DNA of 64,000 nt, from contig CAJFCJ010000004.1 in the NCBI GenBank assembly GCA_904063045.1, forward strand, positions 1,109,713 through 1,173,712. The letters run 5' to 3'. Positions 62,910 to 64,000 of this stretch are shown here, in pieces (position 1 is the stretch's first letter; each line of letters opens with the position of its first letter). The translations under genes and the position numbers were made by a program. The DNA comes from Dimorphilus gyrociliatus (lineage: Eukaryota; Animalia; Annelida). A model generated the notes under the pieces. It did not search any database, was not told the origin of the DNA, and was given only the letters and a program-made list of their open reading frames with translations.

Positions 62910-64000
62910 AAAGAGATTGTAGAAAAAACAGTTATTTTATTTACTAAGATAGCAGTTTCTTTCCAGGCTTAAAGGAAGAGTAATAGTAATATAAAGAAAA
63001 ACTAAAACTGAAATAGCTTGCAGTTTGGAGATCTTAACTGTCTGAGCTTTTTATTTATAGCCTTTATTTACTACGACAACCGGACAAAATCTACCAAAAA
63101 AAGAATGTTAATAGGACAGAAAAAGATAGAGACTAAGACAAACACGAATAGTAACTGTCTACTTTCATTAATGATTGAGATTTTTATTATTAGACAATGA
63201 AATTTAGCAAACTTGCTCATATAACATTAATTGACCATAGTCAAAATTTTACATACATAAGCTCTAATTAGTTTAGATTTTATTCCAGTTTTTATTAAAT
63301 ATTCAAATTTCTATACGCTTATATTCAGGAAATTTTGTCCAATTGCATAGAATGGTAACGAAAATTTTATGCAAAATGTATAAAACCCGCAATATTCTCC
63401 TATTGTAAAATGATAATACGACTAAAATGCCAGAGCGTTTCGCCATCATCGGACTGTGGCGTCCTAAAAGTGGTTCATGTGAAAAAGCGTGATGAGATGT
63501 CTAGATTATTATAGATCAGCTCTTTTCGTTCCTTGTTTTTTGCATGAAATATCGAAATAATCTTAATTGACATTATAGATTCCATTTATTGATGCTCTAT
63601 TTTGTAATTATATAATAAAAAGATGAGATTTTAATGACATTTCTAGAGAAATTGCTATCAATTAGAATTTATCTAATTGGATAAATAAAGAAAGCTAATT
63701 TCGCTAGTCATCCGTATGATGACTAATTAAACGAAGTATAAACTTTTGATACTAATTACAAACACTTCAGCTCTTACGATACTCGTGTTTTTTCTATATA
63801 AATATATCTCTTTCGAATTCCTATATTCTATAGACAAGAAAAGAAAATATTCATTCATTCTTTTATTGCAAAAGTTTTTTTTTTATAAAAAAACCTCGTT
63901 TTGTATATATACAATATATATCTGTATAAAAGAACTTATTTGACCAAAAGATGGCAGTATATTGAGGGAAAAAAATCATTTTATGATAAAATTTTACTGT

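Noticed and set aside
1-64000. CRISPR arrays, tRNA/rRNA genes, transposase or reverse-transcriptase ORFs, prokaryotic systems
   Set aside because: None seen. The long repeats are paralogous exons, and the genes are spliceosomal and metazoan.

Overview
Eukaryotic (animal) DNA from a compact, AT-rich genome. Most introns are only about 41-84 bp and nearly all are GT-AG. The species cannot be fixed from sequence alone; a miniaturised invertebrate genome is an inference. Positions 1-40.9 kb hold a head-to-tail, minus-strand array of three giant polycystin-1-like (PKD1/REJ family) genes with an ~18 kb period. Copy A is cut by the left edge. I spliced copies B (22 exons, ~5,222 aa) and C (21 exons, ~5,225 aa) by hand, and both are in frame from start to stop. 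Their architecture is unusual: signal peptide, 8 LamG/pentraxin-like domains with a Caspr-type fibrinogen-like domain inserted between domains 4 and 5, WSC, ~15 PKD repeats, REJ, GAIN/GPS (intact HL|T), TM1, PLAT, TM2-5 and a TOP + S1-S6 channel domain. B and C are strongly diverged overall, yet a 715-bp tract covering essentially the TOP domain is 99.3% identical, and four smaller patches are also near-identical; this points to domain-restricted gene conversion. To the right lie SET (+), COA8/APOPT1 (-), an unrecognised 3-exon secreted protein built from two 7-Cys modules (-), goosecoid (+) flanked by several candidate cis-regulatory islands, and the 3' part of a divergent calmodulin-like gene (-). 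I saw no tRNA, rRNA, CRISPR array or recognisable transposon ORF.
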